Made by a program: the position numbers and the translations under genes. The notes under the pieces were generated by a model. The model had not been told where the DNA came from. It searched no databases and worked only from the letters and a program-made list of their open reading frames with translations. A stretch of DNA of 63,535 nucleotides, filler included, from Octopus bimaculoides (taxonomy: Eukaryota): NCBI RefSeq assembly GCF_001194135.2. It is 6 parts of 6 records of this genome, joined end to end, with 100 filler letters (N's around TTAATTAATTAA, not from the genome) between each part and the next. Parts side by side here need not be neighbours in the genome. Positions count along the whole stretch, not along the records: positions 1 to 29,718 come from NC_068999.1; 5 more parts are not named here. One strand, given 5' to 3'. Positions 1 through 12,039 of this stretch are shown piece by piece. Within the stretch, counting starts at the first letter, position 1, and each line of letters opens with the position of its first letter.

Positions 1-43
1 GTTCAATATAAAGGATCAAATATATAAATATAAATATAAATAT

Positions 44-93
44 ATAAAGGCGACTCGAGTTTCAGGGCTATTTCCCTTCGTCATGGCCGGTAT
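44..93 (-). ncRNA. Minimal type I hammerhead ribozyme fold at PLE-A 3' end (1-nt insertion in core)
   Basis: Minus strand: ataccggc-C(A)TGACGA-aggg aaatag ccct-GAAA-c tcga g-TC-gcctttat. Stem II aggg/ccct, palindromic stem III loop TCGA, GUC triplet, stem I ggc/gcc. Confidence 0.6.
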
Positions 94-1890
94 GACAGAC
101 TTTAACAGACTGTCTGACAGTTGTGGAAGATATTTATTGATGAAAGCTGTCTCTTTATTCATTCTTTGTTGTATTGAGGTGTTCTGTGAACATTGATAGA
201 AGGGAAAATTAGGAAATTAGGATTAAGATTCCTCGCACACCTTTGTATGTGTCCACTGACCTGTATCTGTCTGTATTGTGGGTGGCGGATTTGCTCTTTG
301 TGGAGAGTGGTTCTTCGATGGAGTGTTATTCCTATTTGGCCAATATAATTATTACCACACCCTAAGCATATAATGGCATAGATTAGATTTTCCGAGGCAC
401 AGGTGAAATTTGAGTTAATTTTAAATATTTCACCTTGTTTAAAGTGAAACTCTGAACCCTCCAAAAGGTCGGGGCATGTACCACAGTTAGGTCCACCACA
501 TTTTTTCACTTTTGGTTCTGCTGTTAATGGATATAGTCTTGTGCTAGTTAATATTTTTTTTCAATGATTTAGGTTGCATTTTTCTTTTGATAATTTTGTG
601 TGAGCCTAAAATTTTGTTCATTGTTTTATCTCCTGTGAGAATGGGTAAATTTTGGATGATAATGTTAAAGGCTTCGTTGTTTCTAGGGTTATGTGTGGAG
701 ATGTATGGGAGTATTTTAAAGTCTGGTTTAGTATTTCGGTTGACTTCCCTTAATGTTTGTATGTCTATTTCCTTAGCTCGTTTGATTCCATTATTTATTA
801 AAGATATTGGGTAATGTCTTTTGAGTAGTATTGATCTGAGTTCAAGGAGTCTTCGTTCACGAGTATCGGGGTCCGAAACTATGGTACAGATTCTTTTCGC
901 TAGATTATAAGGTATATTAATTTTTATGTGTTTGGGGTGGCATGAGTTAAATAATNNNNNNNNNNNNNNNNNNNNNNNNNNNNNNNNNNNNNNNNNNNNN
1001 NNNNNNNNNNNNNNNNNNNNNNNNNNNNNNNNNNNNNNNNNNNNNNNNNNNNNNNNNNNNNNNNNNNNNNNNNNNNNNNNNNNNNNNNNNNNNNNNNNNN
1101 NNNNNNNNNNNNNNNNNNNNNNNNNNNNNNNNNNNNNNNNNNNNNNNNNNNNNNNNNNNNNNNNNNCTAACAGGGTTCCTTCATTTATTGTCTTCGGGAG
1201 GTGGTTAAGCATGTCTAAGTCATCCCTGATGAAGCTTTTCACATATTTTAGAAACTGTTTGAGTAAGATGTCGAGGAAGTTGCTCAAACGGTGGGTTTCA
1301 TAAGCAGGGCCAGCAATGATGGGTCTCAGTTTGAGGTCAGTAGGGGGAGGAACATTAATGCATAGGCTTGGAAAAACTTTGCAAGCTTTACAAATATGTG
1401 GATTTTTGTGGATTTTAGGTAATCCGTAGAATAGACTAGGTCTGTATTTAAAATTGGATAAATAGTCAATTTCATGTTTAGTGAGGCCCTTTCAATGTAT
1501 TTGAAGTAAAGAGGATAAGTTTTTAAGTGTCTTCTGTGAGTTGTATCGTACAATCTTCTCATAGTAAATATTATTTTCCAACATGGAGAGTATTAACTTT
1601 TTGTAGTGCTCTGTGTCCATCACCATTACTGCACTTCCTTTGTCGGCTTCTTTAATGATGAGGTTTATATCATTTTTTAACTCGATTAGGTCTTTCCATT
1701 CATTTACATTAAGGTTGGATTTAATTCGTTGTTTTTGTAGGTATTAAAAGGAAAACTGGTAATGTGATCAAGTGCTTTATTTCTGCCTTTTGTAGGACAG
1801 TATTCACTTTTGTTTTTTACTATTGAGTCATCTTCGCTGGTGTAGTTGTGAAGTGCTTCTGTACGGCGTAATTTTCGGCAGAAATCCATA
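44..1890 (-). mobile_element. Penelope-like retroelement A (Neptune-like RT + GIY-YIG), frameshifted
   Basis: Minus strand: NLIIKEADKGSAVMVMD (~1620-1665, PLE RT KADKG motif); RT thumb FNSCHPKHIKINIPYNLAKRICTIVSD...L..ILLKRHYP (ORF 544-1287); Cys linker CGGPNCGTC plus GIY-YIG IYAIICLGCGNNYIGQ (ORF 159-509); HHR fold just 3' of the endonuclease. Confidence 0.9.
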
Positions 1891-2103
1891 GTGTTATCCT
1901 TAATTTCAGCTTAAAATATATCAATATATCAATTTCAGTCACAAGAATTTAACAAAAACATGAAAGCAAGAAAACACACTAACGAATACAGATGCATATA
2001 CCCCCACTGCAAAGTACCAATACACATATTCCATTTCCACACGAACACCAACCTTAAAGACACGTTTCTCACGCACATTTCGGTAAGATCGGCTGTAATG
2101 GAT

Positions 2104-2270
2104 ATAATAACTTTCTTGCGTTCATAATTATATCTAAATCAGTGTTTCTTATGGTAACATATGTCTTATTAAATTCAAGTGTGTTTTGAAGCAAGTTTTT
2201 GGGGTTCGAGGGGTAAAATTCCACGATGTCAAATTGGATAAATTTGCATTTGGGTTTATCTTCTATTTTC
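2104..2270 (-). repeat. Inverted duplicate of PLE-B RT segment 2929-3093
   Basis: Near-exact reverse complement of 2929-3093, with one 2-nt indel seen. Confidence 0.9.
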
Positions 2271-2689
2271 GATTAACACACACATACACACACATACACA
2301 CACACACACACACACNNNNNNNNNNNNNNNNNNNNNNNNNNNNNNNNNNNNNNNNNNNNNNNNNNNNNNNNNNNNNNNNNNNNNNNNNNNNNNNNNNNNN
2401 NNNNNNNNNNNNNNNNNNNNNNNNNNNNNNNNNNNNNNNNNNNNNNNNNNNNNNNNNNNNNNNNNNNNCACACACACTCCCCAACCCCCCACATATATAC
2501 ATAAATGTCGAGCAATGAGAATGAGTGCTCAACATCGCATTGGTGGATAAAATTTCTTTATTTGTGTATTAAGGCTACCATTGGTTTCATGTTATTCTTA
2601 ATATCTTAATATCTGAACAATTTTTCAAGGAGGAATGGTATTTGTTTCCATTTTGGATGAAAACATGAAAATTCACGGAAATTCACAAT

Positions 2690-4420
2690 AAAGTCTTGTA
2701 AAGAAAAGAAGTTGCAAGATAAAGTTTACTCCCCGAAATCATTTTGCAACCCTGAAAGACCATAAAGATAACTTCATGCAAAACCCTAGCTGTAGGGTTA
2801 ATAAATCCCACAAAAAAATGAATTAGGAATTATTAGTAAATCCATATTAGATAATATCATACGACACATCAGAGCATACTCAAACCTACTCAATGAATAC
2901 GTAGTAGTGCAACTATTGAATGGTTTAAGAAAATAGAAGATAAACCCAAATGCAAATTTATCCAATTTGACATCGTGGAATTTTACCCCTCGAACCCCAA
3001 AAACTTGCTTCAAAACACACTTGAATTTAATAAGACATGTTACCATAAGAAACACTGATTTAGATATAATTATGAACGCAAGAAAGTTATTATTTTTTCC
3101 TGATAATTCCTATTGGGTAAAAAAAAATGGGGATGAGCTATTTGATGTAGCAATGGGGAGCTATAACGGTGCAAAGATAGCTGACCTTGTACGCCTCTAT
3201 ATCCTAGATATCCGCAGAAAAGAAGTGAAAAAAGCCAACATAGGTTTATATAGGGACGAAGGCCTGAGAGTGGTATACGATGAAAACGGATACGATGTGG
3301 ATAGGATACCAGAATTAGTACCAACCTTAAAGAAGACAGTCTTCTAGATATTATCATGAACATTAACACAAGCAAATTTAACCCTACCACAAACCAAATG
3401 GGGAAACCTCGTACATAGACATGGGCCCCAACCACCCACCAGCAATAATTAAACAATTAGCTTATAACATTAACAGGTGGTTCTCCAATCTATCCGGCGA
3501 TAAAGACACTTTTAAAAAGGCCGCCCCCATACTATAAATGGTGCATTAGAAAGGCCCAACTTCAATAATAGTATAAACTACATCGAACCAAACATAGATA
3601 GACAAAGAAGACGCAGACAAAGGAAAATCTTATGGTTCAACCCAGCTTATAGCATGAATGCAGCCACTAACATAGCTAGAAAATTCTTAAAATTAATAGA
3701 CAATCACTTCCTACATTCACACAAATACCATATGATCTTCACTAGAAACACTGTTAAAGTTAGCTACAGTTGCCTCCCCAATGTAGGGTCGATAATCCTC
3801 AACCACAATGAAAATAAACCCACCAGGAATGCCCCTGGAAGACACTGTAACTGTAGATCTCCAAACCACTGTCCTCTAACTAATAGCTGTCTGAAAAAAG
3901 AACTTATATACAAGGCAAAAATCATGAACCCCAAAGGAGTAGCAAAGACATACATCGGAATGACGGGCAACTCGTTCAAGGAAAGATACACACGACATCT
4001 GGCGTCATTCAGGGACAAAAATGAAAGACATGCGACATCCCTGTCCAATATGATATGAAAGGAAGAGTAAGCAACTTCCCAGATAACGTGGTGTATTATT
4101 ACTAAAGCCAGGAAATACAGGAGACAGGGTGCCAAATGTGAGTTTTGTATTACTGAAAAACTAAACATCAACCAGTCAAAAGACAACACCTTAAACATTG
4201 GGGATGAAACCTTCTCTCCCTGCATACACAAGCACTGTTTTACACTTTGACATTTCAAAGAGGAATCACCATCTACTCCGCCGATCCTACCAGGATAGTT
4301 TCTTTCCCTGAACGTGAATATACGAACTCTACACATAGAAGATAATGCCCCACCCCCTGATGAACTCTTTCAACACATAAACATGCGAACATTACACATA
4401 CCCAGAATATAATATAATAT
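2690..4420 (+). mobile_element. Penelope-like retroelement B (Naiad-like), 5'-truncated and frameshifted
   Basis: FATLKDHKDNF..PSCR.INP; KCKFIQFDIVEFYPS; FDVAMGSYNGAKIADLVRLYIL; GLYRDEGL; WFNPAYS; CNCR..HCPL...CL...IYKA...TYIGMT..FKERY..H..SF; C-terminal C..C..EK..I....LN...C.HK. Clade label is from motif recall. Confidence 0.85.
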
Positions 4421-5004
4421 TATGCAAACAAATTCATCATCCAGCACAGTTTTTATCCCCAAAAGTCAAACCCAAGGGAGATAATCACTGAACAGGTGCC
4501 ATCCAAGAGTAGCGCGCCTTGATTTCTTGTTATCTTTACGAGACTTTATCGTAAATTCCCGTGTGAATTTTTGGGTTTTCATTCAAAATGGATATATATA
4601 TATATCGTGGTGGGAGGCAGAGTTGTTAGTACATTGGACGGATTGTTTTGCAGCAATTGTTCCAGCTCTCAGGCTTATGAGTTCAAACTTTGCAACGATC
4701 AACCCTGCTGATGGTCCTTTCGGGTTCGACAAATAAAGTACCAGCCAAGGCTGTATTCGATTCTTCTCTAACTCTCAATATCCTTATCTGTTTATTTGAC
4801 CGTTTCTCTCCTTCTGAACAAAAATTGCCTGTGGTCTGGTCCGGAGAATGATAGGCTCCACTAGGTATAAAAATGCCCAAAGCAACCATATATCACGATA
4901 CCATCCCTAAAATTCTGTTGAACTGTTGGCATTTAAACCGGCCCAAATATTCTGCTTATTTTATTACAAAGTGAACAGGAAAGCATGAATCTCAATTCTT
5001 CAAA

Positions 5005-5123
5005 TTTCTCTTAGGAAAAATTATGAATAAATATTCTCTCTTAAACTTTAATACATGCTACTTTCTCTTAGGAAAAATTATGAATAAATATTCTCTCTTA
5101 AACTTTAATACATGCTACTTTCT
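5005..5123. repeat. 57-bp tandem duplication
   Basis: tttctcttaggaaaaattatg...acatgctac occurs at 5005 and again at 5062. Confidence 0.9.
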
Positions 5124-5372
5124 TTACAATAAGAAATGCGATCAAGCTATCTATTACTGCTTTTGCCTAGATCCTTCATCCATTACACAGGTAACCTAAA
5201 CGACTCACAGGCGCTGTACTCCTCGGTTTCCGCCATTCAATCATTTCAGAAGAATAGTTAAATGATTATTTTCTAACAGCAGTTTTTATATTCCTCAAGG
5301 GCTTCATGAAAAAAGGTTCGAGAGTGCAATAGCAACGCACTTTCTGAATTTAGACGCAATAGTGACAAATAT

Positions 5373-5440
5373 GACAGGAAGACTTGTAGGACAAGAAGAC
5401 TTGTGTGACAAGAAGACTTGTGTGACAAGAAGATTTGTGC
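5373..5440. repeat. 17-bp minisatellite x4 (gacaagaagacttgtgt)
   Basis: Four adjacent copies read directly. Confidence 0.85.
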
Positions 5441-5639
5441 ATATAATGATGAATATATAAACTCAAACAGTAAAATCTTATGTATTTTGATCTATTAAGT
5501 GTTTCATTTATTTCAATATTGTTTTACCTTCTTTTGGTTAACTTTTTCTTGCATACAACTTTTCTTGCATACATTCAATGAAGCAAAATATTGCTTATTC
5601 CTGATATAAAACAACGGGATAATATATACGTGATATTAA

Positions 5640-6960
5640 AGACAAAATTAGGTTGAGTGCTCAAGCAGCTACCCCTTTAACTGTCTAGGTATTATTTTTT
5701 CATAGAATCTGTGATGTTTTACATGCAGTAGCTTCTGAGTATATGGTTCGGTGATAAAACTGATCGTAAATTACCGAGAATCTGGATCTTATTTCAAGCA
5801 AAAACCAAAAGTTTCTATGACCCTTTTCTAGTTTGTAAAGGTTGGTTGGAAAGGTTTAAGAGGCATCTCAGTTAGCACAAGATTAAAATGACTTCTAAAA
5901 TTACTAATTATCCTGTGAAAATTGAAGATGATGATTACTAAAAGAGATTATGCACATAAACAAGTGTAGGATGTTGATGAAACTGGATTTTTCTGGAAAT
6001 GCATTCCTGCTAGGATTTTTATTTCCTAAGAAGAATGATCAGTACCAGGATTCAGAGCTTTCAGAAATTGTCTGATGTTTCATATGGGAGGAAATTCTGT
6101 TGAAATTAAAATTTCTATTTGTGTGTCAGCCTGAAGATTCATAGGCTTTCAAAGCCTATGCGAAGTTTAATCATTTTTGATTTGATGTTCAAGTAAGAAA
6201 GCTTCAATGATTACGAATAATTTCCAACATTCTTTGCAGACATTATTCTTTTGTTCTGCTCTGGTAGGGGACAGTGCTAGGCGCAATGTTACCAAAGTAT
6301 TGCCCTTTTTAGACAATTCACCAAACCACTCAGTGAACTTACATGATCTTTCTGATAATGTGAGAGTGAAAATATTCTCAAGAATACAATTTCGGGATCA
6401 AGCTTATGAATCGAGTCCAGAGCATATTATCTAAGAATTTTGAAACAACTCAGAAAAATAATTGATGGGGATAGACTTGTAATATGAACTTCTGGAACAC
6501 CTTTAACATTTCGAATATTGTGGTTAGCATAGCCAAGTCATAAGACGAAGATTATATTTGTAACTTTGGCTTTGTAGGTGTTCCACTTGTAGAAAATCTA
6601 TATCAAGTTCAACAAGATATTATGACACTGGCCGATGATATGAAATCTTGAACAAGATATAGATGATGCAGTTGAGCTGTTAGGGTCTCACAGAGAAAGT
6701 CAGTCTAATAAGGAGTTGATGATGCAATAAGACCGAGCAGCAGGACAAGTAGAGTACATTGAAAAACCTTCCTCTACTTCTTTTAGCTGCAAAGAATATG
6801 ACTAAAGTATTGGCACTTAGAGTAGAAAGTCAAGTCTTTGCTGAGAACGAGCTTAATTACAAGAGTTCATAATGAACTCAATTCCTACACTGAATTATAC
6901 AAAGTGCGCAGTAAACGTTAAATTATTTTAGATAAGTTCTACGTCCCTGAAATTAGGTGA
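5640..6960 (+). mobile_element. Tigger/pogo-like transposase relic
   Basis: Fragments KGWLERFKRH (~5840), VDETGFFWKCIPARIFIS.EE.SVPGFRA (~5970-6060) and KVLPFLDNSPNH..NL..LSDNVRV (~6295-6365), with many stops and frameshifts. Confidence 0.8.
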
Positions 6961-7417
6961 TGATGATCTGCAGTGCAGCCCCTTTCCTCCCAATAATTTC
7001 CATTACGACCTCTCTTTACACGGTATTCAGCAATTTTTTTACAGAAAATTTCTGCCAGAACTCATCTTAATTGAAATTTAATTGGAATTCTACATTATGG
7101 CAAGATTTTCAAGAATGCAGCATTTCGTAATGTGGGGCATGCTTGTTGTTATTATAGCAAACAACATAATTAATATAGTTATCTATATATTAATCAATAT
7201 AGTAACCATTACAGCTAGTAAAACTGTAATTAATATCAATTGCAGTCAGATCTCAAATGGGACAATTTCTGCAATATACTATTTCTTCCTCTGTTGACAC
7301 ACTGACATACACTACAGAGAAAATCATGTTAGGCATTACAAGCTTTAGCACTGAATTTCCACATTAATATATATATGATTGTGTATGTACGTTTATGTTT
7401 ACTAAATATACCATACC

Positions 7418-7585
7418 CAGTACGTAGCTAGTGGGGGCGAGGAGGCAATCTGCCGTGGGCGACGCTTAAACGAGGGCATCACTTCTGGACCTGCTTTATG
7501 ACTTATTTAGGTTTCGTAGGCCATAGGTGGGGGGCATCAAAATCAAGGGCTACCCGTCGTGGCACATACTCTAGCTCCGCGACTA
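7418..7585. mobile_element. Short MITE with cagt(g)cgtagctag-type TIRs (hAT-like)
   Basis: Left cagtacgtagctag, right ctagctccgcgacta. A related end is present at ~44600-44655. Confidence 0.5.
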
Positions 7586-7969
7586 ACTACAACATTATGT
7601 ATTGCTATGGTGGTTGGAGGATGGATACTTTACAGCAGATATTCATTACCAAAAATTAATTTATTCTCGTCCCAGTTTTCCTCTGATGAAAGCTAATTTT
7701 TACAGTATGCTACTTTTGGAGTTTTCTGGCGGATGTAAGATTAATGAATTAGAGTTTCTCTGATCTGACGCTGTTTGCACAGTTTGACTACTATATTACA
7801 TGATAATCTGGACAATATTTTCAGTAATTAATGTAAATTATGCTTATAATTTATTTGACAAAACAATTTTTCCCAACAAGAGAAGTTTAATATGAATCCT
7901 CACAATAATATTTAGATGCAGTGGGAACAACTTTGACATTATTTAATACTTTCACATATGAGCACATAC

Positions 7970-8155
7970 CTAAGCCTACCACATATCCCACACATACACA
8001 CATTCACACATACACAATCATGTATAAACATGTAGTAACACCGACACACACGTTTATAAACTTACGCATGCGAAGCACATAACACGAACATACATATAGA
8101 CGTCAGTAGATTTAGAAATAAAAAGAAGTGTGTGCATGTTTGTGAAGGTGAACAT

Positions 8156-8199
<44 letters not shown>

Positions 8200-8455
8200 A
8201 CATGAAAGCATGTGTGCCTCGAGCGTGCAAATATGTATCCATGTGTGTATGCATGTATGTATATATGTGAGTGCACGTATGTCTATATGTGTATGTGCAT
8301 GTGAGTGTTTGTACGCCCGCGCGTGTGCTTGCACGCGCGTGCGTGTTTTTGCGCATGTGTGTGTATGTGCGTATGTGTACATGTGCGTGTGTGCATATGT
8401 GTAAGTGCTTATATGTGGGTGTGCGTGCGTGCGTGTGCATGCATATGCGTGTGAA
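7970..8455. repeat. Degenerate (CA)n/(TG)n low-complexity block
   Basis: Alternating purine-pyrimidine repeats; the ORFs here are spurious. Confidence 0.9.
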
Positions 8456-10080
8456 ATGACTGAAGAGGCCTTTTACTTTTACCCTTATAATTCATCAGAA
8501 AGTATCCTATTGAGGGAAAGAGAAACTGGAAATGAGATAGAGAGAGAGGGGGGAGAGAAAGAAAGAATTTGAAGAGGCGTTAAGGATAAGAGGTAACAGA
8601 AGCAGCTGAGATCGGTGACTTTCTCCTGGTGTTGTAGATTGTTTTTCATTTGGGACTGTAGTTCTGTGAGAAACGTGAAGAGACATGGTTGACCGTTTCT
8701 GATGAGTCGGGGAAAACATTTCATACCACGGGTAGTTGGTATAGGACTGGCAAAGCTCTAGTCTGTTAAACTGACTTGAAGTATCAAAAGATTGGGAGGT
8801 AGTTGTGTGGTGGATGGTTAGAGTACTGATCAATCTAATGGGAGCAGCTACGGTGAACTCACAGAAAATGTTGACATCTGGGGCAAGAACGATGTTCTTT
8901 TTTCTATTCAATGAAATATAGTCAAACAGCTGATAGAGTTGGTAACAGTAGCGGCATTTAATAAGAGAGGAGTAAAGAGAATGAATGATTAGTAAGAATT
9001 TGTTACATTATGTTTAGGTTTAAATATTTTGAATTCCCAATTCAATGATTATTTCTTTCAATTTATTGCACCTTAGTAATATTGGCAGATTTATTTTGGC
9101 TGAAGTATTTTGTTAAATGTGTTACGGGGTTATATACGGAAAATATCTTTTTTATCCAATGAAAGGAGCATTCAACTATGAAGTAAATCAACTTAAAAAC
9201 ACACTCCTACTGTTGTTTTAACTTTGATGGTTAATTAATATAACATGATGAACTGTTTAGAAATTATCTTTTAGAAGAATCTTATGTTTTATCTTGAAGA
9301 AATGATTTCAGCCTTCACAATTTTAAACGGTGATGAATTTGAGAGGGAAACAACAATAATTGTCGGCGTGTCAATCACCTAAATTGCTGACATTGACAAT
9401 GTAATCCGATGTTACTGGGTTCCACTAAATGGTAAATATCTATTTCAAAATAGATACCAATTAATTGAAAGAATTTAATTTTACATGAAACTAACGTTAG
9501 CACTAATTAAGTGTGATGTGGTGGCGAATTCAACATACAGAAGAAAATTACAGAAATTCAGCTGAAAAGATAATAAATAGAACAAATACGGAAACAATAA
9601 ATACAAGAGTAAATATTTAAAGTTTTATGTCGACCTTGATCTCAGTATAGAACAATTTCAATGTAAATATGTGTAATTCATTATTAGAGACGTAGTTTGC
9701 TGATCACTCATAACAATTATCTTCATTGTGGGTTCAAACTTGTTGACACTTATGTAAGAACGACCGTGCGAACCAAAAGGAGAAATGGTGACGAATGGAA
9801 AAACAGGCTCCTTTTTTAAACGCATCACACGGTCGACACAAAATATAAAATGATAAATATGTTATAATTCTATAACATAGAGAATTAAGAAATTTGCCAG
9901 GAAGGACAAGATAGGACGCAACCGACAAAGATGAATAACAGTAAGATTTATTGGAGCATTAAATTGTATGTCTGTGTGTGTGTGTGAATGCGACATAATA
10001 AAACACAATGTAAGACAGGCCGTCATGTAAAGAAGAGTGTGTGCGAGTAATACATGTATGTGAATGCGAGAGATACATAN

Positions 10081-10314
10081 NNNNNNNNNGTGAAGAAATC
10101 ACACAAACAGGGCTGAGAAGTGCTGCGGTTAGCTGTTTGGTTAGCTGTTGGTAGCTTGTGTACGTGTAGAAGTCATGTTGACGCTGGCGGCGATGCTGGT
10201 AGTCGTAGTTGAAGTGGTTGTTGATGTCGTCGCTGGAACTGGCAGGTTGGTTGGTGCTGTGTTACGCGTGTGTGGTCAGCGGCCAGATCTAGTAGATCTG
10301 AGCCGCGACGAATT
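10081..10314 (-). other. Candidate 5'-UTR first exon with 11-codon uORF
   Basis: Starts ~26-40 nt below the TATA and contains gtcaacATG ACT TCT...AGC TAA. Just past the 10-N gap the minus strand reads (n)tatgt, which would be a GTATGT donor if that N is G on the minus strand. Confidence 0.3.
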
Positions 10315-10390
10315 GGCGGGTATAATTTAGGCTATTTATAGGAAAATAGGGGCTCCAGGAAAACATTAGAAGAACACTCTCACGTGACCT
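10295..10390 (-). promoter_or_regulatory. Candidate Pol II promoter: TATAAATA plus GTCACGTG E-box
   Basis: Minus-strand TATAAATA at 10340-10333 and GTCACGTG at 10388-10381, in unique, CpG-containing sequence. Confidence 0.4.
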
Positions 10391-10999
10391 TATTAGGGGC
10401 TACGGTTGGTCGGTTTGCGTCCTGGGGTGAACGGACTGGAGATAATTTACCCGCGCAAAGAATAGTCAGTCAGGTGATGACAGGGAAAGAGTTGCTTTCT
10501 ACTACGCTCGCCTGTTAATATATATAGTGAGAGAAGTGTTCACTACACTTATGACGGCTATCGCATTTTTCATTTAAAACCGGAAATAAAGAATATAAAT
10601 TTTAATTGACAACTACAACTCACTCATTTTTTAGTTTTACAGTTTCCAGATAGAGTCAACACATAAGAAAAGTGGAGTTAGGTAATTTATCCAAGAAAAT
10701 ATTGCATATTTTGAGACAAAATCCGATAAAATAAAACTCCTTTTGTGTAAAGCGATTGTAACAGGAATATTCAGCAATCACTCGATGTCGCAATTCGTTG
10801 TAATGTTACCCACATGATCAGTGAAACTGACTCATCACAACTTTGCCAGGAAAGATCAACAATATCTGGTCAATCATAACTTCACGTGAAATAAGCTCCC
10901 GCGACAATATCAACTTTTGGTACGCCCCTCTCTGAATTTCTCAGCCAATATAAAAATTGACACACACGCGTCCATCACCAAGAGAGCTTTGGGATGGAG

Positions 11000-11074
11000 C
11001 AGAGAGAGTATGATATGACAAGGGATACCCGTATCTGTTCGCCGTGTCTTCTCCCTTGTCATCTCATGCGGCTG
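11000..11074. ncRNA. Pre-miRNA-like hairpin (unassigned)
   Basis: atgatatgacaaggga (11010-11025) pairs 15/16 with tcccttgtcatctcat (11052-11067), with further pairing on both sides. Confidence 0.3.
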
Positions 11075-11329
11075 AACCCAGCTGACATTCAACACAATGA
11101 ATTGTCCACAGCAATACAACGACTAGCAGTAACTTTTCGAATGCTGTTTCAATTACGTCAAGTACAATGACATTCAAACTCAGTATTTGTCGTTTGTAGT
11201 AACAACAGTATTTGTCATTGCTTGTGTACGAAAAGAATAAAAGTTTGTTGTCAAAAATCCCAACATATTTCGTCGTTTTCTTGTATGTACAACTGTTGAC
11301 CACCGACGCTAGAAATAACAGTCAGCATT

Positions 11330-11483
11330 AGGTTAAGTATAAGTAACAGCACATCCAACGTTTTCAACAGCCAGCTCCCAACTTCAGTTACCACTCAGCC
11401 AACAATTAACAGTCAGCCTCGTCTCTAGTCATCACAACAGTTAGTGCACAGACTCAGCAGCTAGCTAGCTCCTCGTACATGTG
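11330..11483 (+). other. Candidate plus-strand first exon ending ATGTG|gtaatc
   Basis: tataag at ~11336, Inr-like TCAGTT at ~11383, ATG at 11479, GT donor at 11484. Confidence 0.25.
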
Positions 11484-11624
11484 GTAATCCTAGCACCAGC
11501 ACAAGCAATACGATAAACATTGGCAATATTATGGTTTAATAAGTGTAGATTGAAAAGTGAGCAAGTTTACAGGGTCAAAACTTACTGCATTACTGTTGCA
11601 GCTTCTTTTTATCTTTTTCTTGTT

Positions 11625-11835
11625 TCAATCGTTAGACTGCGGCCATGCTGGGACACCACCTTGAAAGGTATACATACATACGTATGAACGTATTTCTCGA
11701 GCTTCTTTCAGTTTCTGTCTACCAAATCCAATCACAAGGCTTTAGTCACCCTAAGGCTATAGTATAAGACATTTTCTCGGGATGCCATACAGTGGGACTG
11801 AACCCATGTGAATGAGAAGCAAACTTCTCACCACG
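11625..11835 (-). mobile_element. SINE fragments (tRNA-derived family recurring across the window)
   Basis: gactgcggccatgctgggacaccaccttgaa head plus tttcagtttctgtctaccaaatcc...gggactgaaccc body; similar at 22520, 58650 and 62590. Confidence 0.75.
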
Positions 11836-12039
11836 CGTGTACCTATATAGGGAGATATGAAAGAAATAACATATTAAAGAGTAATATGTATACATAAGAT
11901 GAAGAGAGTCATTAAACAAAAATTTTAGAGAGAAGTTTTTGTGCACAGTAGTAGAAATATAATCGCTTGAAACAAATAAACTTCGGAAGGAAAAAATAAA
12001 GAAATTTCGACAAAAAAAAACAAACTATCATATATTATA

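Noticed and set aside
4056-4058. Selenocysteine UGA in the Naiad-like EN
   Set aside because: It aligns to a Trp position in a copy with many other disruptions.
4345-4400. HHR after PLE-B (CTGATGA...gcGAAc)
   Set aside because: No GAAA and no pairing stem II; at best a heavily decayed remnant.
8480-8900. Ancient L2/Jockey 3' end on the minus strand
   Set aside because: Only a faint FPR...N resemblance; insufficient.
9243-9315. C/D box snoRNA (ATGATGA)
   Set aside because: No D box CTGA or terminal stem at a suitable distance.
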